Source of the DNA: Anthoceros angustus
Lineage: Eukaryota; Plantae; Anthocerotophyta
NCBI GenBank assembly: GCA_010909165.1
Contig: MU008209.1
Location: forward strand, 262,109-326,108
Direction of reading: 5' to 3'
DNA: 64,000 bases
In this document: positions 36,897-48,355 of the stretch, one piece after another
Layout: the number at the start of each line of letters is the position of its first letter
Numbering within the stretch: position 1 is the first letter of the stretch
Program-made: the position numbers and the translations under genes
The notes under the pieces: generated by a model
The model's database searches: none
Told to the model about the DNA's origin: nothing
What the model saw: only the letters and a program-made list of their open reading frames with translations

Positions 36897-39800
36897 TCAG
36901 AAAACATCACTGAAGGTTTGGGCAGCACTAGCAGGTGGCGGGGTTTGGGAGGCTTGGGCGATCTTGTCCCAGCCCAGGTCGAAGGTGTCGTCACCGTGGG
37001 CACCATCATCTGCATGGGCACGGGCATCCAGATGGGAGGCGACGGGGGCCTCGAGGGACGGCGGATTCCTGCACCGGATGAGCGGCCAGTTGAAGCCCTG
37101 GAAGAAGGGGTGCTGCTTGATGTCGTTGGCGCCGCGGAAGGCCCCCAGGCGCCGCGCCGGGTCCCGGTGCAGCAGCGCGCCGATGAGCTGACGCGCCGGG
37201 AGCGAGACGGGAATGCTAGCCGGAAAAGTGAGCTCCTGCTGCAGGACGTTGACGAAGGTGAGGTGACGGTTCCGGCCGCGGAAGGGAGTGCGGCCGTACA
37301 GCATCTCGTAGAGCAGGATGCCGAGCGCCCACCAGTCGACGGCGCTGGTGTGGCCCTCCCCATTGATCACCTCCGGCGCGATGTACTCCTCGGTGCCGAC
37401 GAAGGAGTTGGAGGCGGCGCTGGGCTGTGCGCAGAAGACGGGCTGCTGCTGCTCGCGCCGCCGCTTGCGCCGCCGCATCGGGCCGACATGGCTCTGCAGG
37501 AGCTGCGGGCGCGAGGAGGTGAGGAAGGAGAGGTCGAAGTCGGTAAGCAGAATGTGGCCGTTGTCCTGGAGCAGCACGTTCTCGGGCTTGAGGTCCCGGT
37601 AGATGACGCCCATGTAGTGCAGATACTCCAGGGCGATCACCACCTCGGCGGCGTAGAACCGGGCCGCGTCCTCGCTGAAAATCTTACGCGGCTGCTCCTC
37701 CTGGAGCACAAATAGCTCCCCGCCGGGGCAGAAGTCCGTGATGAGGCACACGTGCGTGCGCGTCTGGAAGCTGGCGTAGAGCGTGGGCAGAAAGGGGTGG
37801 TCCACCATGGCCAGGATGCTGCGCTCCGCGCGCGCCCGGTGCACCTTGTTGCGCCGCACCATGGCGCCCTTGTCCATGGCCTTCATGGCGAACACATGGC
37901 CCGTGCCCCGCAGCTCCACCAGGTACACGGACCCCGTGTCCCCGCGGCCCAGCGGCCTGAGCGGCCGGAAGTCCTTCAGGCCCAGCCCCTGCCCCTGCCC
38001 CCGCCGCTGCACCCTCCCGATGGCGTGCCACTGCGCGCTGTTGAGCTTGTGCGGCCGCGCAGTCACGGGCCCCGAGTGCGCCACCCACAGCGCGTCCGGG
38101 GTCTGGTCCGCGTCCGGCAGCTGCCGCGTCGCCCTGTCCACGGTCTTGGCCGTCGTCTTGTTGCTCTTCACCAGCAAATGCTGTGCTGCTGCTGCTCCTC
38201 CTCCTCCTGCTGCTGCTTCAACTTCCCCCTCCTGCTCTGCATCGACGGCGGCAGGGGCAGGGGCGAGGGCGGGAATCTTCTTCCTCGCCTTTGCAGACGA
38301 ACCCCTGTCCTTGCTGGGAACATAGTCCGCCACCTTCTGCTGCACGCCGATGAAGTACTGTAGCGCCCCGCTCTCCGGGTCGCGCATGGCCTGCAGGTGG
38401 AACAGGTTCCAGAACGCCTGCCCGCCCTTGGTGTAGTTCACCATCTCCAGGGTCAGGTCACGGGCGTCGCGCACTGCGTCCCGGATCTTCTTCACGCTGG
38501 CCGGGTCCGTGTCCGGGCCCTGCAAGAAGCGGCAGTTCCGGCCCAGAACCTCCTCCCGGGTGTACTCCGTCAGGTCCAAGAAGCGGTCGGAGGCGAAGAT
38601 GATGGGGTTGTCGTCAAGCCGGGGGTCCGTGATGACGAAGCTGTCGTCGATGCGCTCCAGCGTGGTGGCCAGATCCACTCCCCGCCGCGTCCGCTCCGGC
38701 AACCGGACGCGGTCGATCCTCCGTCGTCCTCCACCATAACCACCTCCAGCTCGGGGTACGCGGACTCCTGCGCAGCCGCCGCCACTGCCGCCGCCACGTC
38801 CTCCAGCAGCAGCGGCTTCCTCTCCTGCTCCGAGATCGCGGACCCGCTCGTCGCCAGCCCGCTGCTGCTGTTGCTCCCGCTCGACAACCCGGGCACCAGC
38901 TTCGTCCTCGGCTCAGACGCCAGCGACAGATTCGACATGGACACGAACCCGGGGCCGAGCAGCGGGGGCGGCTGCTCCAACACCTGCCTGGGCCGCGCCA
39001 CGGCCGCCACCAAATCCCCCACCAGCCCCTTGGCCTTCTCCTCCTGCCGCGCGTCGTACCGGATGAGCGACTGCGGGAGCCCCTTGGGCCGCACCGCGTC
39101 CGCCATCGCCCCCTCCGTGTGCTTGCTCACTTCCGCCTGCATCCCCACGAAATGCGTCGTCGCCCCGGCATCGTCCTTCACCGCCGTGATGGTCAGCAGG
39201 TTCCAGAAGGTGGACCCGTCCTTCTTGTAGTTGAGAATCCTGCCGCAGAACCTCCCGCTCCCGCCATCCCCCAGCGCGGCCCGAATCTGCTCCACCTGCC
39301 CCGGGTCCGTGTCCGGGCCCTGCAGGAAGCGGGGATTCGCTCCCAGCACCTCCTTCGTCCCGTACCCCGTCATGGCGAAGAACCCCGCGCTGGCGAAGAT
39401 GATGGGGTAATCCGGCTTCCCGGCGTCGCACACCAAGAACGCGAGCGGGAACGACCCCAGCGCGTCCTTCACCTCCCGGCTCATCCCGCTAACGCCATCG
39501 CTCCCCTCCGAGCTCCGCATCGCCTCCATCCACTCACGCGCCAAACTGCACGGCATGGACAGCGACGGGCCATTACCCCCGGGCCCGCCACCGCCAGGCA
39601 CGGGCAGGGACAGCGACATGACGCGCGACATGGACGTACTCGTCTTCACGCCGGAGCTCCCGCTGCCTTCGTCGTTCGCCTCCTCCTCCCGCTGCAAGAT
39701 GAGGTGCAGGGAATGGATGGCGTCCCGGTCCACCTCCTCCCACGCCGAGCTCCGCCCCTTGATGTACTCCGCGAACGCCAGGAAGGAAGAGCGCGGGTGA

Positions 39801-41415
39801 AGCCTGCTCCCGTCATCGCCTTCCTCCGCGCTGTGCCGCGCCCCGGCCCAGCTCCGCTCCCGGGGCTCCTGCGACCGGAACCAGAACACGAAGGAGCCGG
39901 CCGGCGAGATCCTGGCCGCGGCCATCCCGGCTACGGCGTCCCCGAGCGCGGCTGCTCCGGGGTACCCAGACTCCGTGAGGGAGTCGGACACGAAATCCAC
40001 CACATCCTTGTCCTGCCGCAGCAGCCATCCCGCCATCTCCCGGATCTGCGCCTCAGTCGGCGTGGTGCCGAGCATCCAAATCCGCTTCCCGTAGTAGAGC
40101 GCGGCGCCGGAACAGTCCACCAGATCCATCACCGTCGGCGCCTGCACCACCACTCCCACCGGGAGCTCCCGCAGCAGCATGTCGCAGAGCAGCCCCTCGT
40201 TCCTCTGCACCCGCTCCTGCCGCACCTGCTCCGCGTAGTCCATCTCGCGGTTCAGCTGCGCCGCGAAGGCCTGCACCAGGGACTCGCAGGCCTTCCGGAG
40301 CGGGAAGGGGAGGGTGCGCGGAGTGGTGTGGTGGCACACCACCAGCCCCCACAGCCTCCGGCTCCCGCTCAGCTCCTCCTCCGCGTCGCGGGTCACCACC
40401 GCCAGGGCCAGCGATGCCACGGACCCCATGTTGGCCATGTACTGGGCGTGGCAGGCGTGCGGGGAGCGCAGGCTGGACCCGGCCAGACTGATGGGCTGAT
40501 GCAGCTCCCGGGACTGCACCACCCGTACCGGGGTGGAGACGCAGTCGGCGATCATCCGCACTCGCTCCTTCATGAACAGGAACCTGGACGCCTGGGGCAC
40601 GTCCGTGGCCGGGTAGTGCAGCCCGATGTACGGCTCCAGGTCCGCGCGCAACCTCTCCGCCACCACCTCCCCGTGCTCGTCCTCGTGGAACTTGTACGCC
40701 ATCACCCGATCGTACCCCGTGAGATCCCGCACCTCCTCCACCACCAGGTCCAGCAGCGTCCGCAGGTCTCCCCGCACCGGCAAGGCCTGCACCCGCGCGA
40801 TGGCCGCCCTCGCCGCGCCCGCCGACACGAACATGTCCGTGGCCTCCGCTGGCTCCAGATCCACCACCAGGCCCCCGATCTCGTCGTTCGCCCGCAGCAT
40901 CGCGTACAAGGGAACCCCGCTCTTGCTGTTCACCGCCAGCGGATTCAGGATCCCCGGATCCTCCGCCTCCGCCGCCTTCTCCACCACCGCCACGCTGCTC
41001 TCCGCCAGAAGCTCCCGCGCGTCCGTCCCGATCCCGACCTCCTGCACATTCTTCCCGCCCTTGAGCCCTAGCACTTCCGCCGCGTTCTCGCTGTACGCCA
41101 TCACCCGGAAGCTCTCCTCCTCCACCGCCAGCATGCACCCGAACGACTGCGTCACTCCCCCGCGCTGCATCGCGCGGAGGTACGCCGTCACCGCCTCGCT
41201 CGGCAGCTCCACCCCTCCGCCTCCGCCCCCGCCAGAGCCGCCATCCCCGCTGCCTTGGGGTACCGGTTGGATCCCCCCTCGTACGCCGCGTGCAGTCTGG
41301 CATCCGCGCTCGTCTGCGCCACCCGCACCCCGTGCCGGGACTTGCTGCTGCTCGCAGCTCCTGCTCCGCCCGAGCCCGAGCCCGAGCTCGAGCTGGGCCG
41401 CGGAGAGCGCAACAT
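36897..41415 (-). CDS. NEO: Neochrome: intronless phytochrome (PAS-GAF-PHY)-phototropin (LOV1-LOV2-AGC Ser/Thr kinase) chimeric photoreceptor; two apparent frameshifts in this assembly
   Basis: Phytochrome part: VAQTSADARLHAAYE, TAYLRAMQRGG, GYDRVMAYKFHEDEHGEVVAE, HYPATDVPQASRFLF, LRSPHACHAQYMANMG (bilin Cys 40451-40453), LHPRSSF. LOV1: GANPRFLQG. LOV2: DLATTLERI…GRNCRFLQG. Kinase: GRGDTGSV, YRDLKPEN, DFDLS, SNSFVGTEEYIAPE. Encoded in three overlapping ORFs (41188-41415, 38570-41212, 36897-38702). Confidence 0.96.
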
Positions 41416-41580
41416 CTTGTCTTGTTGTTCAAAACCTTATCCTCCTCGAGCTCCTCCCTCCGAATGCACAAACACAACTCCCTGCTGCAGAGAATGGAAT
41501 GCCTCTGCTGCAAATCAGCGATCAAATCCTCCTCCTGCCAAATCTTGAGCGTGACACATCGAGCAACAGGAACATCTTCT

Positions 41581-41602
41581 GAGGAAGAAGAAGAAGAAGA
41601 AG
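41581..41602. repeat. (GAA)n / (TTC)n microsatellite in the neochrome 5' region
   Basis: gaggaagaagaagaagaagaag. Confidence 0.8.
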
Positions 41603-42015
41603 AGACAGCAGTCGAAGCCAGCAAGAAGCAGCGGGAATGCAACAAATGGCGCTTTATAATGCAAGAGGAGCTGAGGAAGGCGGCCATAGCCAGGGCGGTG
41701 CGAGGAGCATGTGGCGAGCACTTATCTGCGCAGAAAGCGCGCCGCGTGCTACCTCAAATTAGGCCTAATTAAAGGCCAAGCACATGAGCCAGCGGCGCCG
41801 CCATGAGCCCTTGCCAGAGGCAAGCGCGGGGACCCGATCCGCGGTACCGGAGATCTCGATCTCCCGCCTCACGCGTCCGCGCGGGTTTAATCCCCGCCGG
41901 CCCCGGCAGCTGAGCACCATTCGTGCACCAGATCTGCAGCTGCTCCTCCTCCTGGGGATGGCCGGCTGTCGCTGGCGGCTTCACTACATCCTGCAAAGTG
42001 CACAGAGCGGGCGTC

Positions 42016-43317
42016 ATGTACAGCAGCAAAGGAGAGCGAGAGCCCGAGGGCGAGGGCCAGGGCCAGGGCGAGTCCCTGTTCGTGTTCATGGCGGACGAGC
42101 TCGAGGGCGGGCAGCAGCAAGACCAGCAAGACAGCAGCCAGTGGATGGATCCGGAGCTGTGGAGCAGGCTGCCGGAGGATGTGATCGCCTTGGTGCTGAT
42201 GAAGCTCCCCGTGCTGAGCCACTTCAGATTCATGTGCGTGTGCAGGAGGTGGCGCGTGATGCTCTCGGACACCGGCTTCGCCAAGCTCTGCTGCGCCGCG
42301 GTGGAGCAGCCGACGGCCTCGGGGCCGCCGTCCTGCCTGTGCGGGATGGCCTCCGGATCCAGCCCGCCTGCGGCTGAGATCAAGATCCCGGGGTCCAGCC
42401 TCCGGCCTCACCGATTCCACCGCTCCTCGCTCCCCGCGGATCCGGCCGACGCCGCGAGCCAGCTTGATCTCTGGGCCTCCGACCGGGGCCTGCTCTGCTT
42501 CAGCAAGCGGAAGCAGCCGTACGGCGAGGCGCATCTCTACATCTGCAATCCTGTGACCCGGAGCTGGAAGAAGCTGCCTCCCGCCAGATTCGACCAGTTC
42601 GAGTCCCCGCACCGCGCCTTCTTGCAGGTCCTGGATCCCGGCCATGCTGCGGCTGCGGCTAAGTACGAGGTGGTGCTGCTGGCCAAGACGCTCGCCGGCG
42701 GATGCTGTGTCTTCGTCTACGCGGCCGGAGCTCGGCGATGGCGGAGGCTGGAGTGGGAGGAGATCTCGGTTCCTGCATCCGGCGCCTTCGATCCCGTGCT
42801 CTGTAACGGCGTGCTGCATGTCCTCGGATGCTCTTCCGGATCCGATCCGTTCAAGCGCGCGCTCAGCTCCTTCTGCGTGCGCAGCAAGCGGGAGGTGGCC
42901 GTGCCGGCTCCTCCCGCGGCCCGGTGCCGGAAGCTGGTGGAGCACCACGGATGCCTCTTCATTGTCTCCTTCTTGGAGCCGTTCGCGGGCCTGTCGGTGT
43001 GGAAGCTGGAGGATGCGGATCCGGAGAAGAAGCTCGCAGCCGCCGTGTGGACGCACGTCTCCACCTGCAGTGTGCAGAAATTCGCGCAGCTCACCGGCTC
43101 CTGCAAGCCGCCTCTGCTCGCCAAGGTCGGGGCTATAGGAGGATTCATCTGCCTCTGCATAGACAACAAAACCGGGAGCTCCGCGTTGCAGCACACTCTG
43201 GCTTTGTGCACCCGGGACAACAGCTGGTGCGTATGGGACTTTGGAATTGCGGATCCCCGCCGTTCCAAGCTGCTCCCGTTTCAGCCAACACTTACGACTT
43301 CTGTGACAACGCCATAG
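42016..43317 (+). CDS. Intronless F-box protein with a beta-propeller/kelch-like C-terminus (start 42016 or 42088)
   Basis: F-box MDPELWSRLPEDVIALVLMKLPVLSHFRFMCVCRRWR, plus ASDRGLLCF, YICNPVTRSWKKLP and C-terminal PFQPTL. These motifs are typical of plant F-box/kelch-like proteins. Confidence 0.88.
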   Translation: MYSSKGEREPEGEGQGQGESLFVFMADELEGGQQQDQQDSSQWMDPELWSRLPEDVIALVLMKLPVLSHFRFMCVCRRWRVMLSDTGFAKLCCAAVEQPTASGPPSCLCGMASGSSPPAAEIKIPGSSLRPHRFHRSSLPADPADAASQLDLWASDRGLLCFSKRKQPYGEAHLYICNPVTRSWKKLPPARFDQFESPHRAFLQVLDPGHAAAAAKYEVVLLAKTLAGGCCVFVYAAGARRWRRLEWEEISVPASGAFDPVLCNGVLHVLGCSSGSDPFKRALSSFCVRSKREVAVPAPPAARCRKLVEHHGCLFIVSFLEPFAGLSVWKLEDADPEKKLAAAVWTHVSTCSVQKFAQLTGSCKPPLLAKVGAIGGFICLCIDNKTGSSALQHTLALCTRDNSWCVWDFGIADPRRSKLLPFQPTLTTSVTTP

Positions 43318-43442
43318 CTCATGAGCTCGAGCTCACAACAGAGACTTCTAAGACTTGCAATCTACATCCAAGACTAAGTGTCATCTAGAACAGCAAAGCC
43401 TTACAGTTTTCTCTTTGAGTAGCTTCTTCTCGTCTGTGACAT

Positions 43443-43508
43443 AGTCCTTAGAACCTGTTCCTCTGTGCATGTCTCTGTGCATGTCCTTAGAACCTGTTCC
43501 TCTGTGTG
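43443..43508. repeat. Short direct repeat GTCCTTAGAACCTGTTCCTCTGTG x2
   Basis: Directly visible; a related copy lies near 43615-43640. Confidence 0.7.
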
Positions 43509-44701
43509 TCTTTCATGTTTGCTCCCTTGCGCTGCATCCAGCGTTGTACAAGAGAGTTTTCTGTTTCTGCACCTACATAGATAGCATCGTCTTCTGATGT
43601 GTGAGACAAAGCCCTTAGAAGTTGAACCTGTTCTTCTGTGTCCGCGCAATATCTTTCATTTCATGTCTTGTCCTATGGATGATGTACCAAGTACCTTCCG
43701 TGTCATCAGTCCGTGTATGTACATCTATGTGCACTGTACACTGTACAGCCAGCATCGAAGTGGCCTAACCTAAAACTGAGAACGCTTGGGGGTTTGGGAA
43801 GAGAGAGGCTCGGAGACCGAGCCTCGCCAGGCCTCGCCTCGCCTCGCATTTTGGTGAGCCGAAATGGAATAAGTTAATTGGGGAAAGGAAAATGCGAGTG
43901 CAGCACGGGGAGAGGAAGATTCTGGATCTGCCATGTTCCTCTTGGACGAGCCGGGGCGGGACGGGGCTCCATAGCCAGCGGCATCGTCCCTCTCGCCCCC
44001 TCCGCCCCGGCGGGATTTGCCCTTACTGTCCTGGAGATGCTCTGCGCACAGGCCACGGCAGCCCGTGCGCGTGGGCCTCTTCAATGCTGCTGAGTGATTG
44101 CTCGCAGGCGTGCGGGTTAGGGCGGCACGGCGCGTAGCTGCTCGGGCCTGCACAGCACGCACACCTGGGATTGTGGAGGACGGTACATGCGAGAGCGCAC
44201 TCGCTGTTGAGCTGCGGAATCCAGCACCGGATTGCGGTCCTTGTTTGATGCTGGATTGTCTCGGGGCAATCGTGGTGATCGTCTCCAGGAGCTTCAGTCG
44301 CACAGGCTGAAGCTAGGGCTGTGGCATGTGGTTTAGGAAGCACACGCTTGCGCGCTCTCTCATCTGCGGATCGCCTCTGCGGCAAGGTGAGGTTTGGGCG
44401 TGCTGCCATCGACTGCGGCCGAGCTGGAATCCAGCTCCAAGTTTTTTGACACGTTTCGGGGAATTGCGCAGGGGTTTGGCGACGCGCGCTGTAAAGAAGT
44501 TGCAGCCGGAGACTTCGGCAAAAAGGGAGCTCATGTCACAGCTTGTCTGGCACAGATGTAAGTGTTTAGATCTTTGAGATTTCGGAGTTTGTTAGGAGGA
44601 GAAGACAAATCTTTGTGTTGCGACGAGCTGGGACTGCAATTTGACGGCGGGCCACGCTCGTCTGCAGGTTGCTTTCAGCTCCTGAAGCGGGAAAAGGGAA
44701 A

Positions 44702-47597
44702 ATGGCTGCCATGGAGAGACTTCTCGCCTCTACCACCGGTGTAGAGCCGACAGAAGGTTTGTGAACAAGAGCTTGTGATTGTGTTTGTTCCCCGTTAGAT
44801 ACGAGAGTTAGTTCTGAAGCCACACGCACTTGCTCGGCTTCCCCCGCTGGACCAGTGATGAACTGGTGGTGGTCTGGAGTAGACTGTGAATGTTAGTATT
44901 GTTTATACCAGGCATTCGCAGTCGCTCCGGTCCGTGATCTCAGCTTCACCCTTTTGATCCAGCAGAGGAAGTTGCTCTTGAGCAAACAGCTTTGCAGACT
45001 GTTCATAAGGAAATGACAGAGGCCGATGAAGCCAATTTGCTGGATGAGGAGGGTACTACAACTACTCTTCTTGTCAACGATTGGATATCGGTATTCTGAG
45101 CTAGTCATTGTTAGTGGTTCCGTTTCTGAAACCGATCTCGGGCCTGCCTTCTTTGCAGATATGCATGTTTTCGATCGAGAACCGTTGTCAGATCATCTTC
45201 CCTTGGTAACTACTGGGAATCCTCTTTTTCACTGGTTTGTAACCTGAAATAGTTCAGTTTGCGTCCGCCTTTCGGTCAGCGTGGGCCTAGATTTTCTAGA
45301 CGGCTTTTGCCTTGATTTCCGTCCATCTCTCTCCCTTTGACTCGTTATGTATGCCATCTCTTTTGCCAGGTGTCCTGCAATTCTTGCAAGAAGCCTGTGA
45401 AGGCCAGTCAATATGCGTCGCATGCAGGTACCCGTCGCGTGCTTTTGTTGATTGGTGGCTGATACTGGCTACCACAACGAAGCTCTTCTGAAGCTCGTTG
45501 CCTGGCAGAGAGGTGCAGGTCTTTGAATGCCTCTGAAGAGACCGCTTTGGATTTTGATGGAGGGCCTGTGAGTAAGAAGGCGCCTCGGAAGCAGCGAAAG
45601 AAGATTTCTGCCGTACAGGACAGTATCCTTGAACGTCCCATCCACATGTACAAGAGTCGTAGGAGAAGATCTTGACGATCTGCTCAAAACTTGCACATTC
45701 TAAATCAAATAATCAAAAATTCCTCCTTTGTGGAGTTTCCCCATTTTCGTATGTCCATTTCTGAGCACTGCACAGACAACTCCAAGTTCTCCGATGGAGA
45801 CAAATTGCACACAACTGAAGGCGAAGACGGAGGGTTTTCCGAATCGGCTTGTGCTTCCGGAGGTGCAGGAGATGATCAGGCTCCTGCTGTAACAAGTTCC
45901 AGTAATCCGCGGGGATCCAAGAGTAAGTGTTGAGCATGTTGGGGGTGGGGTGCCTGGGTCTACCCCAGGCTTAAATTAGTCTTCTCGTCTGTACGCAGGA
46001 GTGATGAACATCTCAGAAGGAACAGTTGTGAATGCTCCAAAAGTTGGCAGGCCACGGAAGAACCCAATTCAAACAGCAAAAGGTTGTTCAGCTAAACCAT
46101 GAGAACATCATACCCGCTCTGGTGTGTGGTGGTGTTGTTTAAGCTCCAAGGACAGGTCGCTGTGTGGTTTGCGTTGGCTTTTTAAACTACAGCTCGGACC
46201 AATACTATTGCCTCCAATGCAATTTGTTTGTCAGCTGCAAATGGACTTGGCACAGAAGAAACCCTTGGAAACTCGAGCAGCCCCGCAACTACAGAACTAC
46301 TCAAGTCGTAGGTTTCTCACTCCCAAGCTTGTGCTTGACTGGCAACCAAGTGCCTGTCTACTGTGTGGCCTGCTCTATCCCTATGAGTATGAGATAAGTT
46401 GAGTGTCGTGCACTAACTAGGATGCCTTTCATGCCTACAGAAACATGATCCATTCGTCCCTTAGTCCTGAAGAACTGGATATCATGTGTGGGGTGATGTC
46501 CATTAACGGGTCCTGTTGTAGACAACCATTAACTTGTGAGTATTAGAACACATTGTGGTTTTGGAGTCCGATTTTGTTTCTGTACTTGTATGTTCCAAAA
46601 ACTCCATGAGTTTCTTAGAAACTGTTGGTGGTGGACAGGTAAGACACATCCTGACACAAGCAAACGAGCTGTTTTTGGTCGAAGGAAACCATTCGATGTG
46701 CTTGTGCAAGAGTCAAAGGAAGGCAGTGTATCTCGGCTTCGTTCAGAATTGAAAAGGAAGCAACTCCATGAGACAGGTTGGTAGCATTGGTGAGTGGCCT
46801 GGCATTTCCCTATGGAAGTTGGTGTTGTGAGATAAAAGTAAGCAGCCTTGTAGGGCATGACATATGGGGTGGGGGAGGACTGCTGACTTGGTTGTTCACC
46901 TGTGGCAGAGCCCAATGTCAGCTTCAGAAGGAGTGTGTCAGAATCAGTTTGTCCACAGCCTCTAGCGTCCAAGGTCTACAGCCTGGGACATAATGATAGG
47001 ATGAAATATGTGCTGGGCCACTTGTTCCATCGAAATTGTGCCAGTGTGACTCCTATTACTACAGACACTGTCCCAGCAGTCATGGGGGCGCAAGCTGCAC
47101 CTCTGCCAACTTCTACCCTTGACAATGCCTCCGTGGCCAACATTACTACATCATCAGTGGTCTACAACATGGTGGGTACTCAAGAGTCCTGGACACCTTG
47201 TGGCTGAATGTTTGCATAAGACTCAGTAGGAGCTTGGACACCCCCCGACCTTTAGAGGTGGTGCTGATGACAGTGCCGTGGCCAGTCCGGGAACGTGCAG
47301 GATGTGAGACGCATGGCACTCCATCAAGGGACAATGAACAAGGCATCGCAAGCATGGCCACAATTGGACCAGCAACAAGTTCATGGTGACTTGCTAAGCT
47401 CCATCACCGGGGTGGTTCACAGCCCTCACCAGGATAGCAGGTACCTACAGCCGTCCAGGTCTTTAGAGAACGGGCTATCGAACATAGGGAAGGGGTGGCA
47501 GGGTCGTGGGAGCCAAATGCAGACAGTGATGCCTGGTAACTACTGGCCTGCCGATGGGTACACCATGACCGCTGCATCTGCCCAACCTCACATCTAA
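44702..47597 (+). CDS. SGF73: SAGA-associated factor 73 / ataxin-7-like protein (N-terminal zinc finger plus SCA7 domain), multi-exon; may start at 44533
   Basis: MAAMERLLA…EADEANLLDEE|DMHVF…|VSCNSCKKPVKASQYASHA|ERC (C2HC-type zinc finger) and LDIMCGVMSINGSCCRQPLTC|KTHPDTSKRAVFGRRKPFDVL (SCA7). Also PLASKVYS…LGHLF. Confidence 0.75.
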
Positions 47598-48355
47598 CAC
47601 GTGTGAGCTTCTGACTTGCAGGAGGCACCGGCCAGCAGCCCTCTCACGGGGGAGTTTCGGTCGTATAGTTTCTGCCTCTCAGTTTTCCGATTGAGGGCAA
47701 TCCATGCTTCCATGCAGTTAGACCCCTTGGATGTGCCGAAGTCCGGTTCTCATCTTGTGATCTTAACTAAGAGAAACACCGTAGAGGTACTCACATCCTT
47801 AGTGACCACCCTTTGCGTGTCCCATTCCAGTTTTTGCAGCTCAGTATCTCTGAATCGGATTGGACACTCACACGATCTCATCTTATTATAGTGCACATGC
47901 TTTGCGTACGTCAGTGCTCCACCAGGCGCATGGAATTCCATGTATGAGGGACTTGCCGAGAAGATGCCTGGGCGTGGAAGAGAATGTAGGCCCCGGCATT
48001 CGTGGTACGGTGCTTGTGATTCGTGGGTTGTTTGTCTTGGACTGCTCACGTTGCAGGCCTGATCATGCAGCTCGTTTAGCAACAGCTCACGCCGCTGGCG
48101 CATGCGGCATGCCACTGCCTGCAGGCTCCACGACATCTCCCATGATCTCCCCATCTCGATTCTCAGATACTTCCGTGTGCGCAGATATTTTCAATTCTTT
48201 ATGTTAACGTGTAACAGCCGGCCGTACCCAGACCAACATGCTCCACCCGTAGTAGCTCTTTTTCTGTTACCAAAGGCCGTAGGCCGTATTGACGTCACGT
48301 CATACACATCACACTGTCGGCAAAGATTTGAGGCTATATTATCCCCAAGATTCCT

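Noticed and set aside
36897-41212. Separate phytochrome and phototropin genes
   Set aside because: PHY and LOV1 are in one ORF, the break falls inside the LOV1-LOV2 linker, and the downstream ORF has no ATG start or LOV1 of its own.
32942-41415. FAD synthase next to a flavin-binding photoreceptor as a functional cluster
   Set aside because: The genes are convergent, FAD synthase is a housekeeping enzyme, and LOV domains use FMN; adjacency alone is not evidence.
39119-41687. Long ORFs antisense or out of frame to neochrome (650 aa, 544 aa, 318 aa)
   Set aside because: Shadow ORFs caused by extreme GC codon bias; low-complexity R/G/P/A translations with no recognisable domains.
41887-43194. 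435-aa ORF antisense to the F-box gene
   Set aside because: GC-rich shadow frame; the plus strand carries the recognisable F-box.
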